64,000 nt of DNA from Candidatus Multivorans sp. Its GTDB lineage: Bacteria; Acidobacteriota; Thermoanaerobaculia; Multivoradales; Multivoraceae. The stretch is taken from contig OZ245033.1 of assembly GCA_965224025.1 (NCBI GenBank), positions 1,920,001 to 1,984,000 on the forward strand, in the 5' to 3' direction. Shown piece after piece: positions 51,211-61,314 of the stretch; position 1 is the stretch's first letter, and each line of letters begins with the position of its first letter. Under the pieces are notes generated by a model that saw only the letters and a program-made list of their open reading frames with translations, ran no database searches and was not told where the DNA came from. The position numbers and the translations under genes are program-made.

Positions 51211-52200
51211 TCATGCCGAACGTGCGCCGGACGGCAGACCGTTGTCGGCGATCAACTCGCGGTAGCGGAGTCGCTTGCCGACCAGCCACGCTGATACGAC
51301 CGTCATTTGGTCGATGGTGTCGAACTCCCGAATGTTCTGCCGCCCCGCGAATTCATCGACATAGCGCTGTAGGTGCTTCGGCGAGAGCTTGTGGTAGACG
51401 CCCTTGTGGGCGCGCTTGAGCATCGACCAAAGCGACTCGATGCTGTTCGTGTGGATCTTGCCGTCCACGTACTCGCCGACCGAGTGCCGGACGGTGCCGC
51501 GCTCGTACTCGGTCAGACCGCTGTACGCCCCGGTATCGTCGCTGTACACCGTCGCGCCGGGTTCGACGTGCTCGCGCACGAAACCTTGAAGCGTCCCGCC
51601 GTCAGTCGAGCGGACGACCCGCGCCGCGACCTTCTTGGTCTCCCGATCCTTGATGCCGACCACGGCGGTCTTGCCCACGGTGCCGCGGCCTTCAAGGGTC
51701 TTCCGCTTCTTCGCGTGCATGTTCTTCCGCAGACCGCCGATGTACGTCTCATCGACCTCTACCGGCCCCTCGAAGACGACTCGCGGCCCTTCGGCCTCAA
51801 ACGCCTTGCGGAGACGGTGAGCGAGGTGCCACGCGGTCTTCTGCGTCACGTCCAAGTCACGGTGCAGCTTCATGCTCGATACGCCCTTGAGACCCGTCAG
51901 GAGCAGGTACAGCGCCATCGCCCACACTTGGTAGCCGAGGTTGCTCGCCTCCATGACGGTGCCAGTCTTGAGGCTGAAGCGCTTGCGGCACGTCCGGCAG
52001 CGGTACGGCATCGTCTTGTGCTTCGCGCCACTTTGGACGTTCTCGGAGCCGCAGTGCGGGCACGATGGACCTTCGGGCCAGCGGATGCACGTGAACCACG
52101 CTTCCGCCGCCGCATCGTCGGGGAACAGGCGGATCGCGTCGATCAGGCTCATGCCCTTCCGGTAGTGCTTACCGGGTGCGTCTTGCAGTGTCGTCGTCAT
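51211..52200 (-). CDS. IS1595 family transposase
   Basis: Zn ribbon CPHC..CRTC, HTH region, EVDETY, YSDD, HTNSIESLWS, YVDEF..R.N. Confidence 0.95.
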   Translation of the reverse strand: MTTTLQDAPGKHYRKGMSLIDAIRLFPDDAAAEAWFTCIRWPEGPSCPHCGSENVQSGAKHKTMPYRCRTCRKRFSLKTGTVMEASNLGYQVWAMALYLLLTGLKGVSSMKLHRDLDVTQKTAWHLAHRLRKAFEAEGPRVVFEGPVEVDETYIGGLRKNMHAKKRKTLEGRGTVGKTAVVGIKDRETKKVAARVVRSTDGGTLQGFVREHVEPGATVYSDDTGAYSGLTEYERGTVRHSVGEYVDGKIHTNSIESLWSMLKRAHKGVYHKLSPKHLQRYVDEFAGRQNIREFDTIDQMTVVSAWLVGKRLRYRELIADNGLPSGARSA

Positions 52201-52207
52201 GCCCAGA

Positions 52208-52236
52208 AGATTACAGGATAGTGCCCGTCCTGTCAA
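52208..52236 (-). promoter_or_regulatory. Sigma70 promoter for transposase, probably leaderless, containing a TIR sub-motif
   Basis: TTGACA-17 bp-TAATCT, 7 nt before ATG 52200; spacer contains GGGCACTAT, also present in the TIR. Confidence 0.7.
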
Positions 52237-52253
52237 GTGGTAAGATGGCCTCC

Positions 52254-52568
52254 ATGTCGGACAGTGAACGCCTCGGCGACCTCATGCTGAAGCGGCGGCA
52301 AGCCGAGAATTCAGCAGCCTGCTACCGCACCAAGGCGAAGGGGATCGCTCGGTCTCTGACACAAGCCGCCGCGTCAATGCTGAGCGCCATCGGAGACGCG
52401 GATCAGAACGTCCGAATGACTGGCGGCTATCCGGTCGAGATGCGAGATGCGCGCTACGTGGACTACGCCGAAGCACTCCGCGCCATAGAGCAGTACACGA
52501 AGAACCTCCATGCCGCCGCCGACATCGAACGGAAGATCGAAGAACTACTGCCGCCGCAGTGCCAATGA
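52254..52568 (+). CDS. Hypothetical alpha-helical protein (IS passenger)
   Basis: ORF divergent from the transposase; ATGA overlap with next ORF; start could be 52245. Confidence 0.5.
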   Translation: MSDSERLGDLMLKRRQAENSAACYRTKAKGIARSLTQAAASMLSAIGDADQNVRMTGGYPVEMRDARYVDYAEALRAIEQYTKNLHAAADIERKIEELLPPQCQ

Positions 52569-53002
52569 GCGAAGAACCCCAACGAGATAACGCCACAGAA
52601 GCTCCGCGATGGGTCTTTCGACGTGCGGCTTGCAACTCGGATTCTCTCTTGGAGAACGAGGTTCGGCAGCTTGTCGAGCGCGATACCGCGGACATGAACA
52701 AGCTCTTGGAGTGCCGGGGCGAGAAGTATCGGTACGAGGTCGTCAAAGAAGAACTCACGTTGCGAGTCGCGCAAAAACGAGACGGAGAGTCGGTTGCTGC
52801 CGTATCGTTCCAGTCGACCGGCCTACAACTGCGGTTCTTGATGGCGGAGCAGTCAGATGTGATCGTCACGCCTCGATGGAGCGCGGTAGAGATGCGTTGT
52901 CACCTCCACAAGCCCGGATCGGCAGGCACACGAATCGCTCTCGATGTCTTCGTGCGCGAGAACCTCGAACGGTTCTTCTTCCACGCCGCCGGTATCCCGT
53001 GA
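52565..53002 (+). CDS. Hypothetical protein (IS passenger)
   Basis: 145-aa ORF coupled to the previous gene; stop 1 nt before the TIR. Confidence 0.55.
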   Translation: MSEEPQRDNATEAPRWVFRRAACNSDSLLENEVRQLVERDTADMNKLLECRGEKYRYEVVKEELTLRVAQKRDGESVAAVSFQSTGLQLRFLMAEQSDVIVTPRWSAVEMRCHLHKPGSAGTRIALDVFVRENLERFFFHAAGIP

Positions 53003-53030
53003 CGCTTGGGCACTATTCGACATAATCCCC

Positions 53031-53251
53031 ATCCGAAAGCACCTGCAAGCGATCGCTGCCTGGGCGCGAACCCGGCAGACCAACGGCTTCCTCGAAGCCC
53101 TCAACGGACTCTTCCAGTCCGCCAAACGCAAGGCCAGAGGCTACAAGCGATTCGACACCATACGCATCGCCTTCTTCCTCATCGCCGGCAAACTCGACTT
53201 CCACACGCTCAACCCGCACACCGCTTGACCCACTCGTAATTCAAAAGAGCC
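53031..53251 (+). mobile_element. 3'-terminal fragment of ISL3 (near-identical to copy at 20663-22160)
   Basis: IRKHLQAIAAWARTRQTNGFLEALN...LNPHTA* identical to the first copy; IR ACCCACTCGTAATTCAAAAGAGCC. Confidence 0.92.
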
Positions 53252-54439
53252 ATTGTTATTCTGGTCGGCGACGCGCAGCTCGAAGAACGCTGACGGGCTG
53301 ACGACATAGCCCCAACTCGCCGTCACCATGTCGGCGGGGAGCTGGATGGGGAAGGGGCCAAAGTTGTCGCCGGAGGTGGGGGGGATCGCGAGTACCCTGG
53401 TCGGGCTATCGATTCCCAGCAGCCTCATCTGGTTGCGGTCGTTGGGCTGGAAGTTGAGCTTGACGAGCGCCGGCTCGTTGGTGCGGCCGGCGGCTAAAGG
53501 GGTGCCGGTCGCGGTGATCTTGTCGACGCGATTCTGGTCCAGCTCGGCGTAAGCGGCGAAGAACCATGCCTTGTCGCTGACGATGGGTCCGCCGACGTTG
53601 GCCTCGAAGCTCGAGATGATCGAGTCCGAGCGGGGGATGTCGATATTCTCGTCGGCGGCCCGCCACTCCTGGCTCTGGGGGATGTAGAGAAACTGGCCGT
53701 GGAGAATGTTGGTGCCGCTCTTGACCACCGCGTTGGTGACCCCACCGACCACCCGCCCGTACTCGGTCGAGAAACCGGCGCTTTCCAACTGCACCTCCTG
53801 AAGGGCGCTGGTGGGCAGGAACGTGCGCGCGCTGCCGCCCAAGCGGGAGAAGCTCGAGTCGACGCCGTCGATCATGCCTGCCACTTCGGTGTCCTGGCCG
53901 CCGTTGACCGCCATCTTCTGGTCGCTCTGCCTCCGCGACCTGGCGGAGTGCGTGACGCCAGGCAGTGCGTTGAAGGAAGATTGATATTGGCGCCCACCGA
54001 AGCTCAAGTTCTCCGCCACCGCCGTCTCGAGGCTGGCGGAGGTGCCGACGACGTAGCGGTCGACGAGAGCCGCCCCGGCGGTGACGGTGAGCGTCTCCTC
54101 GGTGACGGCGCCCAGAGTCAGCTCCAGGGTGCGACGGGCGCCGGTCTCTAGACGGGCAGATGTTGCCTCGCTCTCCCCGAGCCCCTCGAGGGCGGCCTTC
54201 ACCGTGTACTCTCCCGCCTCGAGCAGGGCGAACCGGAAGACGCCGTCGTCGCCTGTAATCACGGCCTTCTCGCCGCGGGGACCGGAGAGGGTCACGGTCA
54301 CCCCCGGCAGCGGTTGGCTCTGAGCGTCGAGCACCAGGCCGTCGAGGGTCCCGGTCTGCGGACCGTCGGCCAGAAGTGGCAAGGCGCAGAGGGCGATGAC
54401 GATGCTCCAGATAGAAGACCTAAGGGCGGTGGCGTCCAT
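53252..54439 (-). pseudogene. TonB-dependent receptor (carboxypeptidase-regulatory N-domain + plug), truncated by ISL3
   Basis: Signal peptide, LPGVTVT, EYGR..GGV.NAV.KSGTN..HG, GGPIV.DKAWFF; frame runs into the IS IR after DQNNN. Confidence 0.85.
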
Positions 54440-54608
54440 GATCTCTCCTTCCAGAGTCTTGCGACCCGGTTGAATCGGGATCTCGGGCTCTCTCGAAATT
54501 CTCTACGTCTATATCTTCAGCACGCACTCCCCTCTTGTCCAGGAGACGGGGCAGATTTCTTCGGAGAACCTCTAAAACCTCGCTCGATATACTCGCGGAG
54601 GACCGGCG

Positions 54609-56356
54609 TTGCGTCCGAACAGTCCAGTGAGAGTCTCCGAGCCAGATCGCCGATCGTACTCGTTCGGTGCCTTCCGTCTCGAAGTCGGCGAGAGGCGACT
54701 TCTGCGCGGCGGTCACACCGTTCCACTTCGATCGAGGAGCTTCGACACTCTGCTGGCCCTCGTCGAGAACAGCGGGCGTCTATTGGAGAGAGACGAGCTC
54801 ATGAGGCTCATCTGGCCGGACTCGACGGTCGACGACAGCAACCTCACCCAGAACATATCGGTTCTGCGCAAGATCCTGGGGAAGGAGACCGAGGGCACGC
54901 CCTACATCGTGACGGTTCCCGGCAAGGGATATCGATTCGTAGCGCGGGTCGAGGCAGCGCTGGAGGGCTCGATCGCAGTGCTTCCCATCGCCAATCTGAG
55001 CTCCGACCCGGAGCTCGACTTCTTCTGTGACGGGCTGGCTGAAGAGATCATCGACGCCCTGGCGCAGGTGAAGGGGCTGCGGGTCATTGGCCGAGCCTCG
55101 TCCGCCAACGTCGGGCTCAAGGGGCTGGACGACTCGGAGATCGGGAACAAGCTCGGAGTAGCGACGCTCGTCGAGGGCAGCGTGCGCAAGTCCGAGGGCC
55201 GTTTACGAATCGCCGTCCGGTTGACACGGGCGTCGACCGGCTTCCAGCTTTGGTCGGAGCACTACGATCGAGAGCTGGGCGACGCCTTCGCCATCCATGA
55301 CGACATTGTCACAGCGATCGTCGCGCAGGTTAGGAAGACGATTCTGGGTCCCCGACTCCTTCCCGGTTGAAGAGGCCGACCGAGAATCGGGAGGTCTACC
55401 GGCTCTACCTGGAAGCTCGGTACCAGTTCGCACGTGAGTTCCGCCACCTGGAACGAGCGGTCGAGCTGCTGGAGAGAGCGCTCGAGCTGGAACCGGACTT
55501 TGCCCACGGTCTTGCCTTGCTCGGCCTCGCCCTCACCGATCTGTGTCATTACGGGCTGGCGCCGTTCGAGGACACCCTCCCCAGGGCGGAGGATGCGGTG
55601 AGCCGGGCACTCGAGCTCGACGACTCCCTCCCCGGGGCTCATCGAGCCCTCGGGATCATCCGTTCCACCTTCTACTGGGATTGGCCGGGTGCGCACCGAG
55701 CGATCGAACGCGCGCGGCAGCTCGACCCAGGAGCAGCCAGAGTGCATCTCGCCTACGCCATTTTCTTTCTGGCCCCGGTCGGCCGTCTCGAGGAAGCCGA
55801 GCGAGAGATGAGGATAGCTGTCGATCTCGACCCCCTGGCCCCGCGGTGCAGTCGGGCTCTCGCTCAGGTTCTCTTTTTTTCGCGGCAGTACGATGCGGCC
55901 ATCGGGCAACTCCGCCACACCCTCGAGTTCGAGACCGACTTCCCCGCGACCCGCAACCTGCTCGCCACCGTCTACACCGCCATGGGGCGACCCGATGACG
56001 CGATCCACGAGCGGCAGATCCACCTGCAGAGGCGGGGGCAACCAGAGCAGGCGGAAGAAATGGGTCGGATCTACACCTCGGAAGGAGAGGAAGGCGTCTT
56101 CCGCTGGCTGGCTAAGAAGCAGTTGCTGCGGTTGAAGGCCGGCAAAGCCCATCCCTACGGCCTGGCACTACTCTATGCTTGGCTCGACGAGCGGGAGCCA
56201 GCCCTTGAATGGCTGGAGGAGGCCTTCGCCCGAAAGGGCAGCCTCACTTTGTGGACGAAGGTCCATCCCTGGCTAGACAACCTGCACGGCGAGCACCGCT
56301 TCGAGGCCCTTCTCGACCGCCTGGGGGTCAACCCATCGCAGAATCCCAACCAATGA
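54609..56356 (+). CDS. Winged-helix (CadC-like) regulator with TolB-like and TPR domains, split by a frameshift near 55350
   Basis: YSFGAF.., NLTQNISVLRK.L, TVPGKGYRF, SIAVLP, LWSEHYD; second frame RPTENREVYRLYL then TPRs, normally the same polypeptide. Confidence 0.8.
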
Positions 56357-57822
56357 ATGCCGGATTACGCGCGATCAGAGTGCTCGGAATCGTTCTCGCG
56401 ACGGTCCTGACCGCGCTGCCGGGATCCGTTCTCGCACAAACAGACGCAGGCGAGCGCCCCCACGTCCTGTTTGTTTCGATCGACGACCTGAACGACTGGG
56501 TCGGTCCCCTGGGCGGCAATACCCAGGTCAAGACGCCGAACATGGACCGGCTCGCGGAACGGGGGATGACATTCACGAACGCCCGCTCGCCCAGCGTCCT
56601 CTGCAACCCATCGCGAACGGCCATGATGACCGGCCTGCTGCCCTCGACCTCGGGCATCTATCAAAACCTGCCCGACTGGCGGATTCAGGAGACGTTTCAG
56701 GACATTCGGACCATCCCGGGACACTTTCAGGATGCCGGTTACACGACCGTCGGCGCGGGCAAGCTCTTTCACAGCTCGACCTTTAGCGCCTGGGCCTATT
56801 CCGGCTACAACGACACCACGGCGTGGGACGCCTACTACCCTTCACCTGAACGGCAGATTCCCGACGAGATCAGGCCCCACGACCGACCGGCCAACGGTAC
56901 GCCCCTCAACCGGAACTTCGACTGGTCCACTGTCGTCGCCGATGACCGGGCCATGGGCGACGGCCAGGTAACCGCCTGGTCCGTTGAACGGATCCTCGCT
57001 CCCGGCGAGGGCCCGCGCTTTCATGCCGTGGGCATCTACCGTCCCCATCTTCCCTGGTATCTGCCCCAGAAGTACTTCGACATGTACCCGCTGGAGGACA
57101 TCGAGCTGCCGAGCGTCCCGGAGAGCGATCTGGACGACATCCCGGACTACATGAAACAGGATTCAGGTGGGGAGTTGGCGTCCATGCAGCTCCATCGGTG
57201 GGTACTCGAGGCCGGTGTCTGGCGGGAAGGCGTGCGCGCGTACCTGGCCAGCGTCAGCTTCGCCGATGCCATGCTGGGACAGGTGCTCGACGCACTCGAG
57301 GAAAGTGGTCGCGCGGAAAACACCATCATCGTCTTGTGGTCCGACCATGGATTTCATCTCGGCGAGAAGTCGCGCTGGCGAAAACAGACCCTCTGGAACG
57401 AGTCGACCCGTGTGCCGATCATCGTCGTCGCGCCTGGCGTGACCGAGGCGGGGACGCGTTCCGCGGCCACCGTTTCACTGATGGACATCTACCCGACCCT
57501 GACCGAGCTGGCCGGGCTCGAGACGCCGGATCACATCGAGGGCGTGAGTCTCGTGCCGTTACTGAAGGACCCGGACGCCGAGTGGAATCGATCCGCCCTG
57601 ACGACCAACGGCTATCGTAATCACGCGCTGACGTACGGTCACTACCGCTACATCCGCTATGCCGATGGCACCGAAGAGCTCTACGATCTCGAGTCCGATC
57701 CCAACGAGTGGATGAATCGGGCTGACGACGCCGAGATGGCGGACATCAAGGCCGATCTCATCGCCCGGTTGCCGAAGTACGACGCGCCGGATGCGCGCGG
57801 CGCCGAGACGCCCGGTAACTAG
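56353..57822 (+). CDS. Sulfatase (iduronate-2-sulfatase-like), secreted
   Basis: SIDDL, CNPSR formylglycine motif, GKLFH, RPHLP, SDHGFHLGEK, ELYDL..DP.E. Confidence 0.92.
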   Translation: MNAGLRAIRVLGIVLATVLTALPGSVLAQTDAGERPHVLFVSIDDLNDWVGPLGGNTQVKTPNMDRLAERGMTFTNARSPSVLCNPSRTAMMTGLLPSTSGIYQNLPDWRIQETFQDIRTIPGHFQDAGYTTVGAGKLFHSSTFSAWAYSGYNDTTAWDAYYPSPERQIPDEIRPHDRPANGTPLNRNFDWSTVVADDRAMGDGQVTAWSVERILAPGEGPRFHAVGIYRPHLPWYLPQKYFDMYPLEDIELPSVPESDLDDIPDYMKQDSGGELASMQLHRWVLEAGVWREGVRAYLASVSFADAMLGQVLDALEESGRAENTIIVLWSDHGFHLGEKSRWRKQTLWNESTRVPIIVVAPGVTEAGTRSAATVSLMDIYPTLTELAGLETPDHIEGVSLVPLLKDPDAEWNRSALTTNGYRNHALTYGHYRYIRYADGTEELYDLESDPNEWMNRADDAEMADIKADLIARLPKYDAPDARGAETPGN

Positions 57823-57846
57823 ACCAGCGAATGCACGTCCGTCCCG

Positions 57847-58998
57847 TCAGCGTGGCGGGCGATAGGTCTCGACCGGCGGGAGCTGCGAGCCGGACAGGTC
57901 GGCCGGAACGCCCTCCTCGGCCCTGACGGTGTGGGTCAGCGTGCCGATCCCCTCGATGCTGGCGCTGATCGTCTCGCCCGCCTGCAGGTACCCCGAGCCT
58001 GTCGCGCGCTGGACGCGACCGGCGCCGGTTCCGCCGGACGTCCCGCTTTGCAGAACGTCACCAGGGAACACCGTAATGAGCGACGACGCATACTCGATCA
58101 GCTCCGGGATGTTGTGGATCATGTCTCCCGCCCTGGCCTCCTGGACGGTCACGCCGTCGATGACCAGGGTCTGGTGCAGGCGCTCCATCGGGTCGCCGTA
58201 GAACTCCTTCGGAACGATCCAGGGCCCATGGGGCGCGAACGTGTCATGGCCCTTACCGACGAACCAGTCCAGGACGGCGCCGAAGCCACCGGGAGGACGC
58301 CCGCCACGATCGGATATGTCCATGGCGACCATGTAGCCGAACACGTGGTCGTATGCACGGCTCGCGGAGATGTACTTGCCCGCGCGGCCGAAGACGATGG
58401 CCATTTCGACTTCCCATTCGATCCGGTCACGGCCGTGGGGCATCACGATGTCCTCGCCGCTGCCGATGATCGCGCCGCGGGTGGGCTTCAGGAAGAGATA
58501 GGGCACGCCCCGGTTCTCTTGCCGCTCCCTGGTCCGCGCCTTCAGCTCCTCCTCGGTGCAGCCCTCGCACGCGTGTGTGTAGAAGTTGACCGCCGCGTTC
58601 ATCAGCTTGCTCGGATACAGGATCGGCGCAAGGATCCTGACGTCGTCGACGTTGTGGACGTAGGCGGCGCGCGCGCCCTCCGACAGCCGGTTCCCGGCGA
58701 CGAGGTCGTTGACGATCTCGTAGAGCCGGTACTTGAGGCCGTACTCGTACCGGCCGATCAGCTCAAGCATGTCGGCCGGCATGGCGAGGCGGGGGTAGCT
58801 TGAATCCAGCTCCAGCTCGGTGTTCGCCGCGCCGATGTCGACGATCAGCGAATCCCGCAGCACGAGCCCCACGACGGCCTCCCCATCGATCTGGAAGGTG
58901 CCGACTTTGAAGGGTTCGACCGATTCCATGGCCTGGGCCTGGAGCCCGGCCGGAGCCGCGAGTACCACGAGCAGGACAGCGAGAACAGTTGAGCGCAT
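57847..58998 (-). CDS. Fumarylacetoacetate hydrolase family protein with signal peptide
   Basis: FLKP, EWEVE, DISDR, GKGHDTFAP.GP, PGDV..SGT. Confidence 0.85.
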   Translation of the reverse strand: MRSTVLAVLLVVLAAPAGLQAQAMESVEPFKVGTFQIDGEAVVGLVLRDSLIVDIGAANTELELDSSYPRLAMPADMLELIGRYEYGLKYRLYEIVNDLVAGNRLSEGARAAYVHNVDDVRILAPILYPSKLMNAAVNFYTHACEGCTEEELKARTRERQENRGVPYLFLKPTRGAIIGSGEDIVMPHGRDRIEWEVEMAIVFGRAGKYISASRAYDHVFGYMVAMDISDRGGRPPGGFGAVLDWFVGKGHDTFAPHGPWIVPKEFYGDPMERLHQTLVIDGVTVQEARAGDMIHNIPELIEYASSLITVFPGDVLQSGTSGGTGAGRVQRATGSGYLQAGETISASIEGIGTLTHTVRAEEGVPADLSGSQLPPVETYRPPR

Positions 58999-59160
58999 TC
59001 AGTCCTCCGTGTGAATCGAGTTCAGCGTTCCAGAATGACCGCTCGGAGGGCTGTCGTCAAGACCAATTGTCCTCGCGCCGGGACTCTTCGGTTTCCACCC
59101 CACAACAACGGCGGAAGTGACGGGCGTAGACCGATCCGCTACATTCCGACCGCTCCCACC

Positions 59161-61275
59161 ATGAACCACAGCCAGATCGTCAGCTTCCTCTGGGGCGTCG
59201 CGGACCTGATCCGCGACACCTTCAAGCGCGGCAAGTACCAGGACGTGATCCTGCCGCTGACCGTGCTGCGCCGACTCGACTACGTGCTGGCGCCCACGAA
59301 GGCGGAGGTGCTGGCGACCCAGGCCCGGTACAAGGACGAACTCGGGAATCTGGACGGGCTGCTAAGCCGCGCCTCCGGTTTCGCGTTCTACAACACGTCC
59401 CCTTACGACTTCGGGAAGCTCCTCGCCGATGCGCCCGATCTCGCGAAGAACCTGCGCGCCTACATCGCCGGCTTCAGCCCCAACATGCGCGAGGTGCTGG
59501 AGAAGTTCGACTTCGACAACACGATCTCGAAACTGGACGAATCGGGATTGCTCTTCCAGGTCCTGCAACGGTTCGGCGACCCGAAGGTCAACCTCCACCC
59601 GGACGAGATCGACAACTTCACGATGGGCACGATCTTCGAGGAACTCATCCGGAAGTTCAACGAGGCGCTGAACGAGAACCCCGGCGAGCACTTCACGCCC
59701 CGCGACGTGGTCCATCTCATGGTCGACCTGATGCTGGCGGGCGACGAGGAAGAGCTGCGGACGGAGGGCGTTGCGCGCAGCATCTACGACCCTTGCTGTG
59801 GCTCGGGCGGAATGCTCACGATCGCCAAGGAGCACACGACCCTCGGCGAGATCCGAGACGGCAAGCGCCTGAGCGACCCGGTCAACTCGGACGCTCACAC
59901 GCACCTGTTCGGCCAGGAGGTGAACCCCGAGACCTTCGCCCTCTGCAAGTCGGACCTCTTCATGAAGTCGGAGGACGGCGGCGACGCGAAGAACATCCTG
60001 TTCGGAAGCACCCTCTCGAACGACCGGCACGCCGGAACCGGCTTCGACTACATGATCGCCAATCCGCCCTACGGCAAGGACTGGAAGCGAGACCAGGCCG
60101 CGGTACGGACCGAGCACGACCGGGGCGCCGCCGGCCGCTTCGCGCCAGGCCTGCCGCGGATCAGCGACGGACAACTCCTGTTCCTGCTCCACATGCTCGC
60201 GCACACGAAGGAGCCGGCCGAAGGCGGGTCGCGGATCGCGATCATCATGAACGGCTCGCCCCTCTTCACCGGTGACGCCGGCAGTGGCGAGAGCGAGATC
60301 CGCCGCTTCATCCTCGAAAACGATCTGCTCGAGGCGCTCATCGGGCTCCCCGAACAGCTCTTCTACAACACCGGCATCGCCACCTACGTCTGGGTGCTCA
60401 CCAACCGGAAGCGGCCCGAGCGCCGCGGCAAGGTCCAGCTCATCGACGCCACCTCGTTCTGGGTTCTGCTCCGCAAGAGCCTGGGCGCCAAGCGCCGCGA
60501 GATCCCGTTCGAGCGGAAGGAAGACATCCTGCGGCTGCTCCGGGACTACGAGGACGGCGCCACCCGGACGGTCGTCGAGGATGGCGAGGAGCGCGATGTC
60601 GTCGTCAGCCGCATCTATCCGACGACGCACTTCGGCTTCCGCAAGATCACCGTCGAGCGGCCGCTCCGGCTCGACTTCCAGGCCAGCCCCGAGCGCATCG
60701 CCCGCCTGGACGACCAGCGCGCCTTCGCCAACCTGGCCGTTTCCCGCAAGAGGGACCCCGAAGCCAAGGCCAAGGACGAGCAAGCCGGTAGAGAGAAGCA
60801 GGCAGCGATTCGCGCCCTGCTGGCGACACTGCCCGATCGGCTGTTCCTGGACAGGGCGGCCTTCGAGGTCGAACTGAACCAGGCGGTCCAAGCAGCCGAC
60901 CTGAAACTCACTGCGCCCATCAGGAAGGCCGTGCTCTCCGCTCTGTCCGAGCGCAACGAGAAAGCAGAGATCTGCCGCGACCGTCAGGGCCGCCCCGAGC
61001 CCGATCCGGAACTCCGCGACACCGAGAACGTGCCCCTCTCCGAGAGCATCGACTCGTTCTTCGAGCGCGAAGTGAAGCCCCACGTTCCCGACGCCTGGAT
61101 CGACACGAACCGGCAGGATGACAAGGACGGGAAGGTCGGCATGGTGGGCTACGAGATCAACTTCAACCGCTACTTCTACGTGTATCGCCCGCCCCGCCCC
61201 TTGGAGGAAATCGAGGCCGACATTCAGCGGGTGGAGAAGGAGATCGTGGCGATGTTGGGGGAAGTGACGGGCTGA
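59161..61275 (+). CDS. hsdM: Type I restriction-modification methyltransferase subunit M
   Basis: FLWGVADLIR, ILPLTVLRRLD, GEHFTPRDV, YDPCCGSGGML, ANPPYG, LFYNTGIATY, GYEINFNRYFY. Confidence 0.95.
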   Translation: MNHSQIVSFLWGVADLIRDTFKRGKYQDVILPLTVLRRLDYVLAPTKAEVLATQARYKDELGNLDGLLSRASGFAFYNTSPYDFGKLLADAPDLAKNLRAYIAGFSPNMREVLEKFDFDNTISKLDESGLLFQVLQRFGDPKVNLHPDEIDNFTMGTIFEELIRKFNEALNENPGEHFTPRDVVHLMVDLMLAGDEEELRTEGVARSIYDPCCGSGGMLTIAKEHTTLGEIRDGKRLSDPVNSDAHTHLFGQEVNPETFALCKSDLFMKSEDGGDAKNILFGSTLSNDRHAGTGFDYMIANPPYGKDWKRDQAAVRTEHDRGAAGRFAPGLPRISDGQLLFLLHMLAHTKEPAEGGSRIAIIMNGSPLFTGDAGSGESEIRRFILENDLLEALIGLPEQLFYNTGIATYVWVLTNRKRPERRGKVQLIDATSFWVLLRKSLGAKRREIPFERKEDILRLLRDYEDGATRTVVEDGEERDVVVSRIYPTTHFGFRKITVERPLRLDFQASPERIARLDDQRAFANLAVSRKRDPEAKAKDEQAGREKQAAIRALLATLPDRLFLDRAAFEVELNQAVQAADLKLTAPIRKAVLSALSERNEKAEICRDRQGRPEPDPELRDTENVPLSESIDSFFEREVKPHVPDAWIDTNRQDDKDGKVGMVGYEINFNRYFYVYRPPRPLEEIEADIQRVEKEIVAMLGEVTG

Positions 61276-61314
61276 CGCCAAGCATGGCGCCGGGTGTAGT
61301 CTCTCGCCCAAGCC

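Larger units (their letters stand above)
48051..53030. mobile_element. IS1595-family element with passenger genes (4980 bp)
   Basis: Perfect 27-bp TIRs GGGGATTATGTCGAATAGTGCCCAAGC (48051-48077; reverse complement 53004-53030); IS1595 transposase inside; flanks not duplicated. Confidence 0.92.

Noticed and set aside
46285-53251. Composite ISL3 transposon flanking the IS1595 region
   Set aside because: The two ISL3 pieces are diverged from each other, the left one lacks an outer IR, and no TSD is visible
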